A stretch of 64,000 nucleotides of DNA, from the NCBI GenBank assembly GCA_944392255.1, contig CALXVY010000007.1:921-64920 (forward strand). The letters are read 5' to 3'. Shown here in pieces: positions 20,483 to 30,533 of the stretch (its first letter is position 1; each line of letters opens with the position of its first letter). The stretch comes from an uncultured Alphaproteobacteria bacterium (GTDB lineage Bacteria; Pseudomonadota; Alphaproteobacteria; RF32; CAG-239). A program made the translations under genes and the position numbers. The notes beneath the pieces were generated by a model. The model did no database searches. It saw nothing but the letters and a program-made list of their open reading frames with translations, and had not been told where the DNA came from.

Positions 20483-20875
20483 CTACTTTTGAGCTTCTAC
20501 AACTTCTTCAAAAATCAATTCTTTACCATCGCTTGTTTTAAGAGTGAGTTTTTGACCTTCTAAAACAAAAGCATTAACATTAGGCAAAGTCATCAAATAT
20601 TGGCTTTCTGCTTTCATCAAATTTTCAGGACCAGCCATCATGGTTGCTCCAGCAGGACCAAATTTGATTGTATTTCCATCAATTTCATATTGACCAAAAT
20701 AATTATTAACCACTTTACCAAAGAAACGATTTTCTGTTTTATCAAAACCCAATGTAATTTCAGCCTTGTTAACAGCATCGTTCATTTTATATTCTTTACC
20801 TTTGAAAGAATTTTCTTGTGCAGAACAAGCTGCTGTCAAAATCAAAGCAAAAATGCAAGATAAAAGTTTTTTCAT
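20483..20875 (-). CDS. META domain (HslJ-like) lipoprotein
   Basis: Start set at MKKLLSC (AAGGAG SD), lipobox LTAAC. NRFFGKVVNNYFGQYEIDGNTIKFGPAGATMMAG matches the META/DUF306 pattern. Confidence 0.75.
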   Translation of the reverse strand: MKKLLSCIFALILTAACSAQENSFKGKEYKMNDAVNKAEITLGFDKTENRFFGKVVNNYFGQYEIDGNTIKFGPAGATMMAGPENLMKAESQYLMTLPNVNAFVLEGQKLTLKTSDGKELIFEEVVEAQK

Positions 20876-21064
20876 TTTTATTCTCCTTAAAGTCAAACTA
20901 AATTATATATAATTCTTTTTTTCATTTTTTTATAGTCATATTTTTTTTCTGTGAAAAACAAAGGCGCTGTTTTATATATTACCGTGAGCCCAACGCCTAT
21001 CGTTGGTCGAGCAACGTTAAATCCACAAAAAAAATCCCTTCCGCTTTGGGAAGGGATTTTTTTA

Positions 21065-21141
21065 TGGTGGGCCCTGATGGACTCGAACCAACGACCAGAC
21101 CGTTATGAGCGGCCTGCTCTAACCAACTGAGCTAAGGGCCC
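21065..21141 (-). tRNA. tRNA with CAT anticodon, most like tRNA-Ile2 (lysidine) type
   Basis: Reverse complement is GGGCCCTTAGCTCAGTTGGTTAGAGCAGGCCGCTCATAACGGTCTGGTCGTTGGTTCGAGTCCATCAGGGCCCACCA. It folds as a full cloverleaf with anticodon loop CTCATAA and closely resembles E. coli ileX. Confidence 0.9.
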
Positions 21142-21262
21142 GCCAGTTGACAGCTATGAAAATAGGCGATTCATATCTTATAGTCAAGCCTTATTTTTAA
21201 GCTGAATAAAAAAAATAATCCCGGCAGATTTCCACCTGTCAGGATTATTATATTATACGCGA

Positions 21263-21697
21263 TTAGAGAGGAATAATTTTATTATCTTTGTAGATATATT
21301 TTTCTTCTCCATAACCTTTACTATGATCATCCATAACAAAGGTCTGTCCATCTTCAATTTCCCGCTGCATTGTATTTCCTTTATGGTGCAAATTCATCTT
21401 ACACATCGTCAATGCTCTAACGGCAAAAGTTTTTACATAGACATCTGCCTCGACACGATCTCCTGTAGGCAAAACACCATTAAATCGACATGTAAAGCAA
21501 GGACAACCAACAAAATCATTGTCGCCTCGTTCAAGCCATACCAATTTAATCGGATATTTAACCCCATTATGCTCTACTCCTTTTTCAGAGGCATCACAGT
21601 TAATTAACTCATTGTCAACCATATTGGCCGACAACATTGATAACATCAATTTCAGAGCTTTTTCAGCACTCTCAACGACTAATTTTCTTTTTTTCAT
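21263..21697 (-). CDS. hypothetical protein, GCPCF-motif family (paralog A)
   Basis: 144 aa. It shares MKxRxLxVxSxExAxK, VGCPCFxC, VYVKxFA and DGxTFxM blocks with the next ORF. Confidence 0.55.
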   Translation of the reverse strand: MKKRKLVVESAEKALKLMLSMLSANMVDNELINCDASEKGVEHNGVKYPIKLVWLERGDNDFVGCPCFTCRFNGVLPTGDRVEADVYVKTFAVRALTMCKMNLHHKGNTMQREIEDGQTFVMDDHSKGYGEEKYIYKDNKIIPL

Positions 21698-21709
21698 AAC
21701 AAATAAAGT

Positions 21710-22114
21710 TTAAATTTCAGAAATTCTACCTTCTTTATAAATAAAACTTTGGTTTTCATACCGTTGTAACACGTCCTTCATTTCAAAAGTTTCCCCATCC
21801 CCTATCGGGTCAAAGAACATACATTTATCACTGGTAATTTGATACAGTTTAGTAACATTCAAATCTTTGTTGGCAAAGATTTTAACATATACAACAATAT
21901 TATTTGTTCTGACATGGCTCAAGGTAAACTGACCGCAATCACAAACAAAACATGGACATCCAACAACATTGTCATCTTCCATGTTTCTAGAAAACCAACC
22001 AAATAAAACTTTTAAATCATTATGAACCGGCAATGCATTTGCTGCCAAAAAAGATTTAATCATTTTCGTGGCTTGTTCCAAAGATGGAACAATTAACATT
22101 CTTTTCATAATCAA
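21710..22114 (-). CDS. hypothetical protein, GCPCF-motif family (paralog B)
   Basis: 134 aa, a tandem paralog of 21263..21697. Confidence 0.55.
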   Translation of the reverse strand: MIMKRMLIVPSLEQATKMIKSFLAANALPVHNDLKVLFGWFSRNMEDDNVVGCPCFVCDCGQFTLSHVRTNNIVVYVKIFANKDLNVTKLYQITSDKCMFFDPIGDGETFEMKDVLQRYENQSFIYKEGRISEI

Positions 22115-22197
22115 AAATTTAAATGATACAATAATTTGATAAATATATTTAGATAAACATAAAGCTTAATCTTATTATTTTTTTTGTCAAATAAAAT

Positions 22198-22638
22198 TTA
22201 ATCAAGAAGTTCAATTATATTATGATTATTTCCCATAGACTTAACTAAGAATGTTGTTACCGGAGCTTTTGAATATTTTTGAAACAACAATCCATGACCT
22301 AAACACAAACCAAAATTGATATTAAAATCTGTCTGACATTCATTCAAAAAATTGGCTTGAGAAATTGGATCACAACTAGGACCCGCCATTCTTTCACAAA
22401 TTTCCGCCCCATCCAAACCACTTTGCTTACAATTAATAGCACATACTTCAAATCCGGCATTTTGCAATTTTTTTACAAATTTATCGGCATATTCCTGCAC
22501 GCCTTTACAATTAGCTACACCTATTTTCTTAAAGCCGGATATTTTGCAAAAATCAATCAACTCTTGTAAACGAGATGCATTTCTGGCATCAAAAGCAATT
22601 TCCATATCATGTTTATCTTGTTGGCTATATTGTGTCAT
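22198..22638 (-). CDS. Cys-rich putative metal-binding protein (DUF1847-like)
   Basis: 146 aa. Conserved-looking C..C, CDPISQA and GLCLGHGLLF...APVTTFLVK blocks resemble DUF1847. AAGGAG SD. Confidence 0.5.
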   Translation of the reverse strand: MTQYSQQDKHDMEIAFDARNASRLQELIDFCKISGFKKIGVANCKGVQEYADKFVKKLQNAGFEVCAINCKQSGLDGAEICERMAGPSCDPISQANFLNECQTDFNINFGLCLGHGLLFQKYSKAPVTTFLVKSMGNNHNIIELLD

Positions 22639-22717
22639 CTTATTCTCCTTTTTTTATTGTTATAATTTAAAACAAAAAACACTCAAGTCTCAAATCGACT
22701 CAAGTGTTTTTTATCAA

Positions 22718-22963
22718 TTACGTTAGAGATTTATAATATCCCTTAAACCGATTTCTTAAATAAAGATAATTTCTTCTATTTTTCTGACTTGGCGTAGTTT
22801 TAGCTTTATCATCAAAATATGAAATCCATTTTTTCAATATTCTATAACATTCAAAAGTTTCTACTCTGCTTAAGACAACTCTTCTGTTAAGAACTAAAAT
22901 AGCCAAATCTTGAGCTTTTACAAAATCTTCATTTGCACGCTGAAGAACAACTGCATTGTCCAT
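22718..22963 (-). CDS. hypothetical small helical protein (paralog of 22975..23238)
   Basis: 81 aa. It shares the A..FV.A.D.A..V...LS..E....LK.W.S pattern with its neighbour. Confidence 0.45.
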   Translation of the reverse strand: MDNAVVLQRANEDFVKAQDLAILVLNRRVVLSRVETFECYRILKKWISYFDDKAKTTPSQKNRRNYLYLRNRFKGYYKSLT

Positions 22964-22974
22964 AAAAATGCTTT

Positions 22975-23238
22975 TTAATTATAAAACTTTTCCTCAGAAC
23001 GCTGCAAAATAGATTCCAGCTTATTATAATAGACTTGAAAATCTCTAGTCATTTCTGCATCAGAAGCATGTTCTATCATATTTTCCAATGCAGAAAGCCA
23101 CAATTTCAAGAGCTTTAACAAACGCTCTTTTTCCAATTGAGAAAGATTTTGTTTTCCATCCATAACTGCAACAGCAAAATCATAAGCATCAACAAAAGAC
23201 TGCTCTGCCTTTTTCCAAAGAAGTTCATTTTTTTCCAT
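22975..23238 (-). CDS. hypothetical small helical protein
   Basis: 87 aa, a tandem paralog. Confidence 0.5.
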   Translation of the reverse strand: MEKNELLWKKAEQSFVDAYDFAVAVMDGKQNLSQLEKERLLKLLKLWLSALENMIEHASDAEMTRDFQVYYNKLESILQRSEEKFYN

Positions 23239-23356
23239 AACTCAAAAAAACTAAAAATTAAAAACTAATAATAAATAGATTAAGTATAGGGTATAAACAA
23301 ACAAAACTTTTGTCAATAAAAAAAAGCCCTCCAACTTATATGGGAGGGCCTTAATT

Positions 23357-25423
23357 TTAGTTATCCAAGAAAGAACGCAACTTACGAGATCGGCTCGGAT
23401 GTTTGAGCTTACGCAAAGCTTTTGCTTCAATCTGACGAATACGTTCACGAGTAACATTGAACTGCTGACCGACTTCTTCCAAAGTGTGATCTGTGTTCAT
23501 ACCAATACCAAAACGCATACGTAAAACACGTTCTTCACGCGGTGTTAAAGAAGAAAGAATGCGTGTGCAAGTTTCTTTCAAGTTAGAGTGAATTGCAGAA
23601 TCCAAAGGCTGTAAAGCACTTTCATCAGCAATAAAATCACCTAAAGAAGAATCTTCTTCATCTCCAACCGGAGCTTCCAAAGAAACCGGCTCTTTAGCAA
23701 TTTTCATCACTTTGCGTACTTTTTCCAAAGGCATTGACAAACGTTTTGCCAATTCCTCAGGTACCGGTTCACGCCCCATTTCTGCTAACATCTGGCGAGA
23801 GGTACGTACAAGTTTATTGATTGTTTCAATCATATGCACAGGAATACGGATTGTACGCGCCTGATCTGCAATAGAGCGTGTAATAGCTTGCCTAATCCAC
23901 CATGTTGCATAGGTAGAAAACTTATAGCCACGGCGATATTCAAATTTATCAACGGCTTTCATCAAACCGATATTACCTTCTTGAATCAAATCCAAGAACT
24001 GCAAACCACGGTTGGTATATTTTTTGGCAATAGAGATAACCAAACGGAGGTTAGCTTCAATCATTTCTTTTTTAGCGCGTTCTGCTTCTCTTTCGCCTTT
24101 CTTAATGGTATCAACCATACGGCGATATTCACTAATCGGCAAACCACATTCTGTAGCCATTTGAGCAATATTTTCACGAAGTTCAATAATTTCAGAACCA
24201 TATTTTTCTACAAAATTTTTCCAATGCTTATCTGTCTTTTTAGAAATTTTCTCAAGCCAATTAGGATCAAGCTCAGACTTTTGATAAGCAACCAAGAAAT
24301 CTTCACGTTTAATTTTGCAAGAAAGAGCATAGCGCAAGAGCTTGCCTTCCAAGCCCATCAAACGGCGGTTAATCTCATTAAGTTGTTCAACCAACTGTTC
24401 AATACGCACTGCATTCAAATGGATTGAGCTCATCAATTCAACGAGTTCTTTCTTAACCTGAATATATTTTTTCTCAACGGCAGGAGTAACATTTTTTCCG
24501 GCAATAATAGCGGCAACACGTTGACTTTGAATTTTCTTCAAATCGTCATAATAGCTGGAAATTTTATTCAAAATCTCCAATACAGGTTCCATTAAGGCTT
24601 CTTCCATTGAAGAAACAGATGCAGAAATTCTACCAGAGACACCATCTTCATCATCAACATCGTCAGATGAACCATCATGTTCTCCACTATCTACATCATC
24701 GGCATCATCCTCGACATCATCATCAGCATCATCAAGTTCAATGTCATCAGTCAAATCGTCATCAATATCGTCGAGACTGTCTTTTTCTTCAATTTCTTCG
24801 GCAACTTTTTCGAAATCATCATCAGTTGCGGCCATATCTTCTTCAAAGGCCATAGCGTCTGCATCATCGCCATACATCATTTCCAAATCAACAATATCGC
24901 GAAGTTGCATACGACCTTCAACCAAATCATCGCGCCAACCGGCAATAGCTTTTAACGTCATCGGGCTTTCGCACAAACCGTCAATCATCACGGTTTTTCC
25001 AGCTTCAATACGTTTTGCAATGGCAATTTCACCTTCACGAGAAAGAAGTTCAACAGTGCCCATTTCTTTTAGATACATTCTGACAGGATCATCGCTTCTG
25101 CCAAGTTCTCTTTCATCAAAATTACCACTATCGTCCTCATCATCATAATCATCAATCTCATCATCTTCTTCGCCACTATAATCATCGGCATCAGATTCAT
25201 TGATGATACTGATTCCCATATCGGAGATGCTGGTCATAATATCTTCAATATTTTCGGATGATTCTTTTTCGGGAGGCAAAGCTCTGTTCAATTCTTCAAC
25301 AGTAATAAAGCCTCTGACACGACCCTTATCAATCAAACGTTTAACGGCACTGCCGAGATTATCAATCAAAGGGGTGTCGTTTGCAGTACCTTCGTACAGG
25401 TCTGGACTATCTATATCTGACAT
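23357..25423 (-). CDS. rpoD: RNA polymerase sigma factor RpoD (sigma-70)
   Basis: 688 aa with [50 protein letters not shown] (region 2), regions 3 and 4, and a long acidic non-conserved insert. Confidence 0.95.
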   Translation of the reverse strand: MSDIDSPDLYEGTANDTPLIDNLGSAVKRLIDKGRVRGFITVEELNRALPPEKESSENIEDIMTSISDMGISIINESDADDYSGEEDDEIDDYDDEDDSGNFDERELGRSDDPVRMYLKEMGTVELLSREGEIAIAKRIEAGKTVMIDGLCESPMTLKAIAGWRDDLVEGRMQLRDIVDLEMMYGDDADAMAFEEDMAATDDDFEKVAEEIEEKDSLDDIDDDLTDDIELDDADDDVEDDADDVDSGEHDGSSDDVDDEDGVSGRISASVSSMEEALMEPVLEILNKISSYYDDLKKIQSQRVAAIIAGKNVTPAVEKKYIQVKKELVELMSSIHLNAVRIEQLVEQLNEINRRLMGLEGKLLRYALSCKIKREDFLVAYQKSELDPNWLEKISKKTDKHWKNFVEKYGSEIIELRENIAQMATECGLPISEYRRMVDTIKKGEREAERAKKEMIEANLRLVISIAKKYTNRGLQFLDLIQEGNIGLMKAVDKFEYRRGYKFSTYATWWIRQAITRSIADQARTIRIPVHMIETINKLVRTSRQMLAEMGREPVPEELAKRLSMPLEKVRKVMKIAKEPVSLEAPVGDEEDSSLGDFIADESALQPLDSAIHSNLKETCTRILSSLTPREERVLRMRFGIGMNTDHTLEEVGQQFNVTRERIRQIEAKALRKLKHPSRSRKLRSFLDN

Positions 25424-25475
25424 GAATATTCCTTTAAAATCGATTTTATTTATAATAAATTGCTAGCTGTAGAAG

Positions 25476-25504
25476 TATCTATAGACTTCTATGCAATTTG
25501 TCAA
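25476..25504 (-). promoter_or_regulatory. candidate sigma-70 promoter for rpoD (TTGACA-17-TAGATA)
   Basis: On the minus strand, TTGACA sits at 25499-25504, followed by a 17-nt spacer and TAGATA at 25476-25481, about 50 nt upstream of the ATG. Confidence 0.35.
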
Positions 25505-25560
25505 GTATCAGAAAGAAAAAAAAGGATAAAAAAGGAAAATTTTATACTTAAAATAATATA

Positions 25561-27423
25561 TCAATCAAAATCTTGGGTTGCGAGCAAATTTTCTTTTTCT
25601 TTTTTAAGAGATTCATATCGCTTATAGACCTCATCTGAAAGCGATTCGGAATTTTCCATAACTCTTAAACATTCTTTAATCTCAATATCAAGTTGCTTAA
25701 GCTGTGATTCAAGAATACGCAAATCTAAATTTTCGCGCATTCTCACATCGTTTGGATTTTGAATTTTCAGCATTTTAAATTCTAGAAGTTCATCGACCGA
25801 TTTTTGCAAATTGCGTTCTTTGAGTTTATCCATCATTACAGAAAAATCTTCAATTTTCTCTTCTTGATTTATCTCGAATATATTTTCAAGTAGAGAATTA
25901 AGTTGTTGATTTTTAATATTGAAATTAAATATTTTTTCTTCGTATTCATCTATAAGGCTTGGATACAAGACCAAAGCAGAAACCACATATTTTGCCACCA
26001 ACCCATCTAAATGAACTTTCGGTGTGGCAAGAGACGCTTGATGAACAGGAGCACTGTTTTTGGTAGCAAAACGAGCTTTAGGTACATAATTTCGACGATA
26101 AACCGGTTCAGGCGTCTGTTCTTGTATCACTTGTTGACGTTTGCGCCAACTCGCCCCCTTACCTAGTTCATTATAGATTTTATCTTGCATTTCTTGAATA
26201 TAATAATTGCGCACCGTTCCATCAGCAATCTTTGCCACTTCTTCTTTTATGTTCTTCTCTACCAAAGCTTTTTGTTCGGGCGTCGATGTTTCTATATTAT
26301 CAACATTTTTCTGCCATAACAAATCTTTAAGTGGCACAACTTCAGATATTACTTTATCAAAAGCTTCTCGTCCCAGTGTTTTCAAAAACTCATCCGGATC
26401 TTTAGCCCCGGTCAAAAAAACATATTGCAAAGAGTTACCTGCTTTTAAAATCGGTAATACTCTGTCAACGGAACGAATTGCGGCTCTTCGACCGGCTAAA
26501 TCTCCGTCAAAGCAACAGGTTGGAACATCAACCACACGCCATGCTTCTTGAATTTGCTCTTCGGTCAAAGCTGTACCTAAAGGCGCTACGGCATAGTGAA
26601 TACCATATTTATCCATACCGATAACATCCATATATCCTTCACAGATAATCAGCTTTTTCTCTTGATAGCCGGCATCTTTGGCATAATTGAGATTATAGAG
26701 GATACGACGCTTGTTAAAAATCGGTGTTTCCGGCGAGTTAAGATATTTGGGCTGTCCGTCTCCCATAATACGTCCGCCAAAAGCTATCACTTTGCCTCGT
26801 TTATCCATAATCGGAATCATTACCCTATCACGGAAAAAGTCGTGCGGACGGCGTGTTTTGTCTTCTGGAATAGTCAAAAGACCTAGCTCGTTCATTTCTT
26901 TATCATTCACCCCTTTTGAGGAGAGATAAGTTTTTAGTCCGTTATTGTTTGGCGCATAACCTAAACGAAATTTTTGAATAATATCATCACCAAAACCACG
27001 ATGAGCTAAATAGTCCAGCGCACGTACGCCATCGGGCATGCGTAAAGATTTTTCAAAAAACTTGCAGGCAAGTTCCATGATATCATAAAGAGAATTGCGT
27101 TTTTCCACTTCTTCGGGCTTGGCATAAGAATCTCTCGGAACTTGCAAACCTGCTTTTTCAGCTAATTTTTCAATAGCTTCCATAAATGACAGATTATTAG
27201 CTTCCATTTCAAATTTAATAATATCCCCATGCGCACCGCAACCAAAACAATGGTAAAAACCTTTGCTTTCATTCACGGTAAAAGAAGGTGTTTTTTCATT
27301 ATGAAACGGACAACAAGCCTGATATTCGCGACCTTTGCGGATGAGCTTAACTTTAGCACCGACCACATCAACAATCGACACTTTCTCACGCAATTCGTCG
27401 CAAAATTTTTGTAAATCTGCCAT
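25561..27423 (-). CDS. dnaG: DNA primase
   Basis: CCPFHNEKTPSFTV zinc finger and EGYMDVI Toprim motif, 620 aa. Confidence 0.9.
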   Translation of the reverse strand: MADLQKFCDELREKVSIVDVVGAKVKLIRKGREYQACCPFHNEKTPSFTVNESKGFYHCFGCGAHGDIIKFEMEANNLSFMEAIEKLAEKAGLQVPRDSYAKPEEVEKRNSLYDIMELACKFFEKSLRMPDGVRALDYLAHRGFGDDIIQKFRLGYAPNNNGLKTYLSSKGVNDKEMNELGLLTIPEDKTRRPHDFFRDRVMIPIMDKRGKVIAFGGRIMGDGQPKYLNSPETPIFNKRRILYNLNYAKDAGYQEKKLIICEGYMDVIGMDKYGIHYAVAPLGTALTEEQIQEAWRVVDVPTCCFDGDLAGRRAAIRSVDRVLPILKAGNSLQYVFLTGAKDPDEFLKTLGREAFDKVISEVVPLKDLLWQKNVDNIETSTPEQKALVEKNIKEEVAKIADGTVRNYYIQEMQDKIYNELGKGASWRKRQQVIQEQTPEPVYRRNYVPKARFATKNSAPVHQASLATPKVHLDGLVAKYVVSALVLYPSLIDEYEEKIFNFNIKNQQLNSLLENIFEINQEEKIEDFSVMMDKLKERNLQKSVDELLEFKMLKIQNPNDVRMRENLDLRILESQLKQLDIEIKECLRVMENSESLSDEVYKRYESLKKEKENLLATQDFD

Positions 27424-27443
27424 TTATGTAGAAGACAAATAAA

Positions 27444-27896
27444 TTAGCCGAGCAAACTTTTAATGATACCGTTAGCCGCACCCATATCCATTTGACCGGC
27501 ATATTTAGATTTGAGAGCGCCCATAACTTTACCCATATCTTTCATTGATTGAGCACCGGTTTCGGCAATCACGGCTTTAATGGCATTTTCCATATCGGCA
27601 CCGCTCAATTGTTTCGGCAAAAATCTTTCAATGATATTGATTTCAGATTGTTCTTTATCAGCCAAATCTTGACGATTGCCGTCTAAATACATTTTGATTG
27701 AATCTTTGCGTTGTTTAATCATACCTTGCATCATGGAAAGAAGTTCAGCATCGGTTGCTTTTTCCTGACCGCGACCACGAGCGTCAACATCTTTTTCTTT
27801 CATGCCGGCAATAATCAAACGAACGGCAGAAACAGTTGTCATATCTTTATTTTTCATAGATTCTTTTAAGGTATTTTGCAAATCATCTCTTAACAT
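27444..27896 (-). CDS. GatB/YqeY domain protein
   Basis: Start set at MLRDDL (AAGGAG SD). The LKESMK..D....VRLIIAGMKEKDV pattern is typical of YqeY. Confidence 0.8.
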   Translation of the reverse strand: MLRDDLQNTLKESMKNKDMTTVSAVRLIIAGMKEKDVDARGRGQEKATDAELLSMMQGMIKQRKDSIKMYLDGNRQDLADKEQSEINIIERFLPKQLSGADMENAIKAVIAETGAQSMKDMGKVMGALKSKYAGQMDMGAANGIIKSLLG

Positions 27897-27966
27897 TATT
27901 TTTCTCCTTAAATAAACAATTGTCTTGAGGATAAACACTTAGAGCTAAAATTGCAAGGCAAATTAT

Positions 27967-29775
27967 CTAAAAATAATGTCGCCAAGACAATAAACTTTCT
28001 TCCATATCCTTACCGCTGCGCCATTCTTTTGAATAGCGCAAAGCCAAAGCATTGTTTCGATTAAGCGTATAAGCCCCTTCAACATTGAGCTTGGTCTTTT
28101 CGCCAAACTTATCGGTGGCATAAACTTGCTCGGCTTCACTCAGTAAGCGCCATTTATCAAAATCGGCATAAACACCGATAGCCCCTCCTAATCCAAGATA
28201 AGCATTATCCGGCAAAAATCCGCCATATGCCGCATAGCTGTTAAGCTGCGCATAAGTCCATATTTCATCAGTAAGAGCATAGCTGACACCGGTTCCGACT
28301 TTGAGGTGGGTGACATAGCCCTCATCTTCGGTATCTGGATTATATTCTCGCGCAATATCCCATTTTATCTCATAAGAAAAAGGTCTAAACATAGCATCCA
28401 TAGGTGAAATAGACCTTAAGCCCAAAATATCAAATTTTTGTAGCACAGTTTTGTTTTGCTCATCATAATGACGCAAGGTTGTATTAAGAAAATTGATTTC
28501 TGCCCCACGTAAAAAGCCATAATTATCATCAGTCAAAGAATGATACGCCGGCCGATAAGATATTTCTTGAAAAGCTTCGCCGTTTCTAAAACCGGTTCCG
28601 ATTTCTGCACGCATAGAGTCATGAGTAAGATATGGTTCTTTGCCTTTATCAAGTTCAGCTATACTTCCCTGCTCTTTTACTTTATTGCGTGCCATCAGAA
28701 GCTTGAAACTTTGTCTGCGATAATCTGCCAGTTTCAAATTTTTTGCCACATATTGATATTGTACAAATTGGTAGGCTGTTTCCAAGACATCGGCTTTTTC
28801 CGGCTCAGATAACCCGGTTAAGTCATATTCTTGTTCTTGTATGATTTCTAAATATTGCTCTTTTTGTTGAGAGTTCATCATCTTGTAACGATGTCTGATT
28901 TTAGCCTGTCGTGATGGACGATAGTTGATATCTTTAACCAAACCTTGACGCTCTAACACTGCTTTGATGGTATCAAGCGGAATAGTCTGCACCGGAAATT
29001 GCTGAGAGAGCCGCATGGACGGACGCACGGCATCTAGCACTTCCATCAACATATAAGAGCAATTTTGCGTAAAGAAATAATATCTGGTTTGGCTGTGCCC
29101 AACTTCCCAAAGATGCGCCACAAAAAAATCCAACTCTTGCGGTGTAAAGCCGAGATTAAATTCCCAAATGTCACGGTTTTCAATATTATTATAAGTATTG
29201 ATAATATCATAATAAGGTTTAACGGTAAAACCACCAAAATATCCACCGGTCAATCCCCAAATAGCAAAAAGCACACTATTTTCTTGTCCGGCAGTAAAAG
29301 CACCATAATTTGCACCATGAGCAAGGAGTTGCGTACCTTTGCGCGCGGTATCGATTCTAAGCAGCGTATGCCCGAACAATGATGACGGATTGTTCATATA
29401 AGCATCAGTAAAGAGAAGAGTTACGCCTGCGGGACGCAAATCGTCATAAAATTGTTCCAAATCTTTACATTTGGGAAAAGGCTTAGAAATAAGGCCATTT
29501 TTTTGCAAAAGTTTGTAGCGTGCCGGAAACAGACATTTTTTTTCGGTATCTTGTGTATTTTCAAACAAATTGATTGTTGCTTGCAATTCGGCTTTAGGAT
29601 TTGTTTTGCCATCGGGCGATAAGAAAAAAGGCTCAGAGTCAATTGTACTGACATATTCTCCGTTTTTTTCTTGATAATGCACCAAAGCAAGCCACTCAGG
29701 TGCGCTTTCAAAAGCAGCATAAGAAGGTGTTGCTATCAATAGCAAAGAAAAAACAAAGACTAACCTTTTCAGCAC
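27967..29775 (-). CDS. secreted DUF4105 (Lnb N-terminal periplasmic domain)-like protein
   Basis: 602 aa with a signal peptide ending SYA. WLALVHYQ and the central block FGHTLLRIDT recall DUF4105. The C-terminal third is rich in aromatic/Gly beta-strand-like repeats and ends in F. Confidence 0.6.
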   Translation of the reverse strand: MLKRLVFVFSLLLIATPSYAAFESAPEWLALVHYQEKNGEYVSTIDSEPFFLSPDGKTNPKAELQATINLFENTQDTEKKCLFPARYKLLQKNGLISKPFPKCKDLEQFYDDLRPAGVTLLFTDAYMNNPSSLFGHTLLRIDTARKGTQLLAHGANYGAFTAGQENSVLFAIWGLTGGYFGGFTVKPYYDIINTYNNIENRDIWEFNLGFTPQELDFFVAHLWEVGHSQTRYYFFTQNCSYMLMEVLDAVRPSMRLSQQFPVQTIPLDTIKAVLERQGLVKDINYRPSRQAKIRHRYKMMNSQQKEQYLEIIQEQEYDLTGLSEPEKADVLETAYQFVQYQYVAKNLKLADYRRQSFKLLMARNKVKEQGSIAELDKGKEPYLTHDSMRAEIGTGFRNGEAFQEISYRPAYHSLTDDNYGFLRGAEINFLNTTLRHYDEQNKTVLQKFDILGLRSISPMDAMFRPFSYEIKWDIAREYNPDTEDEGYVTHLKVGTGVSYALTDEIWTYAQLNSYAAYGGFLPDNAYLGLGGAIGVYADFDKWRLLSEAEQVYATDKFGEKTKLNVEGAYTLNRNNALALRYSKEWRSGKDMEESLLSWRHYF

Positions 29776-29847
29776 TATTCAACTCCTAACAAAAAAGCGG
29801 TCCGAAAAATAAAAATATCCGAACCGCTTTACCAAACATCAGCAAGT

Positions 29848-30303
29848 TTAAGCCTTGGTTACTTCCATCAATTTCAAAGTAACATTAACGGCATCAACAT
29901 TTTCATCTTCAAACATATAAGCAAAATTTTGTTTAGAAATTTCGCCGAGTTTAGCGCTGTCCATATTCAAGATACCAGCCAAAGTATCAATGGTTTCACC
30001 ACGACCGGCAGCCGCATCAAGAGCATATTGCTCCATATTGTTTTCCATAAAAGCCAAAACCATTCTGCCGGTACCTCCGGTTACACGACCATTCGGGTCA
30101 CAACCGGATGTTCCGAATGTAATACCAAAAGTTTGGTTAAAGAACAAACCGTTGGTTGTTGCAGCCAAAACTTGAGGAGCAATACCGCTTTGACCACGCC
30201 AAGCCATAGAACCCAAACCGCAACCGGTACTATCAATAGCCTGTGCATTAGAAGCCAAAGCCATCATTCCAGCAGCAGCAAATGCTAAAACAACTTTTTT
30301 CAT
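29848..30303 (-). CDS. secreted DUF3015-like protein
   Basis: 151 aa with a signal peptide ending AQA. TGCGLGSM...TFGTSGC pattern. GGAGG SD. Confidence 0.6.
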   Translation of the reverse strand: MKKVVLAFAAAGMMALASNAQAIDSTGCGLGSMAWRGQSGIAPQVLAATTNGLFFNQTFGITFGTSGCDPNGRVTGGTGRMVLAFMENNMEQYALDAAAGRGETIDTLAGILNMDSAKLGEISKQNFAYMFEDENVDAVNVTLKLMEVTKA

Positions 30304-30409
30304 AAAAACCTCCGTTAATAAAATAACAGTTATAAGATATCACAATCGGTTTGGTTGTATAGTTTAAATTAAAGTTTTTCCCAGAAAAACAAACAATTTT
30401 CGAAAAAGC

Positions 30410-30438
30410 TTGCAATATAAAAAGATTGATGATATATA
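30410..30438 (+). promoter_or_regulatory. candidate greA promoter (TTGCAA-17-TGaTATATA)
   Basis: -35 at 30410-30415 and extended -10 at 30430-30438. Confidence 0.35.
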
Positions 30439-30460
30439 GTTATGTAAACAAAGAAAAAAA

Positions 30461-30492
30461 GCTGTGATGGAGCTCCATCGCAGTTTTATTTT
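30461..30492 (+). terminator. intrinsic terminator inside the greA leader (GraL-like arrangement)
   Basis: CUGUGAUGG-AGCU-CCAUCGCAG stem followed by UUUUAUUUU. The stem holds a G-U pair only on the plus strand. It lies 42 nt before the greA ATG. Confidence 0.45.
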
Positions 30493-30533
30493 AATCATTT
30501 AAAAATCAGTAATTTTTTAGTGAGGTGAGTAAA

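Noticed and set aside
24607-25148. Plus-strand ORFs inside rpoD encoding His/Gln-rich, Ile-rich or Ser-rich peptides (24607..24855, 24677..24955, 24741..25148)
   Set aside because: They are antisense to the GAT/GAA-rich acidic insert of rpoD. Their low-complexity translations are the expected mirror of that repeat, not genes.
24500-25200. Hyper-acidic insertion in RpoD as an unusual feature
   Set aside because: The non-conserved region between sigma regions 1.2 and 2 is commonly long and acidic in proteobacterial primary sigma factors, so this is not anomalous.
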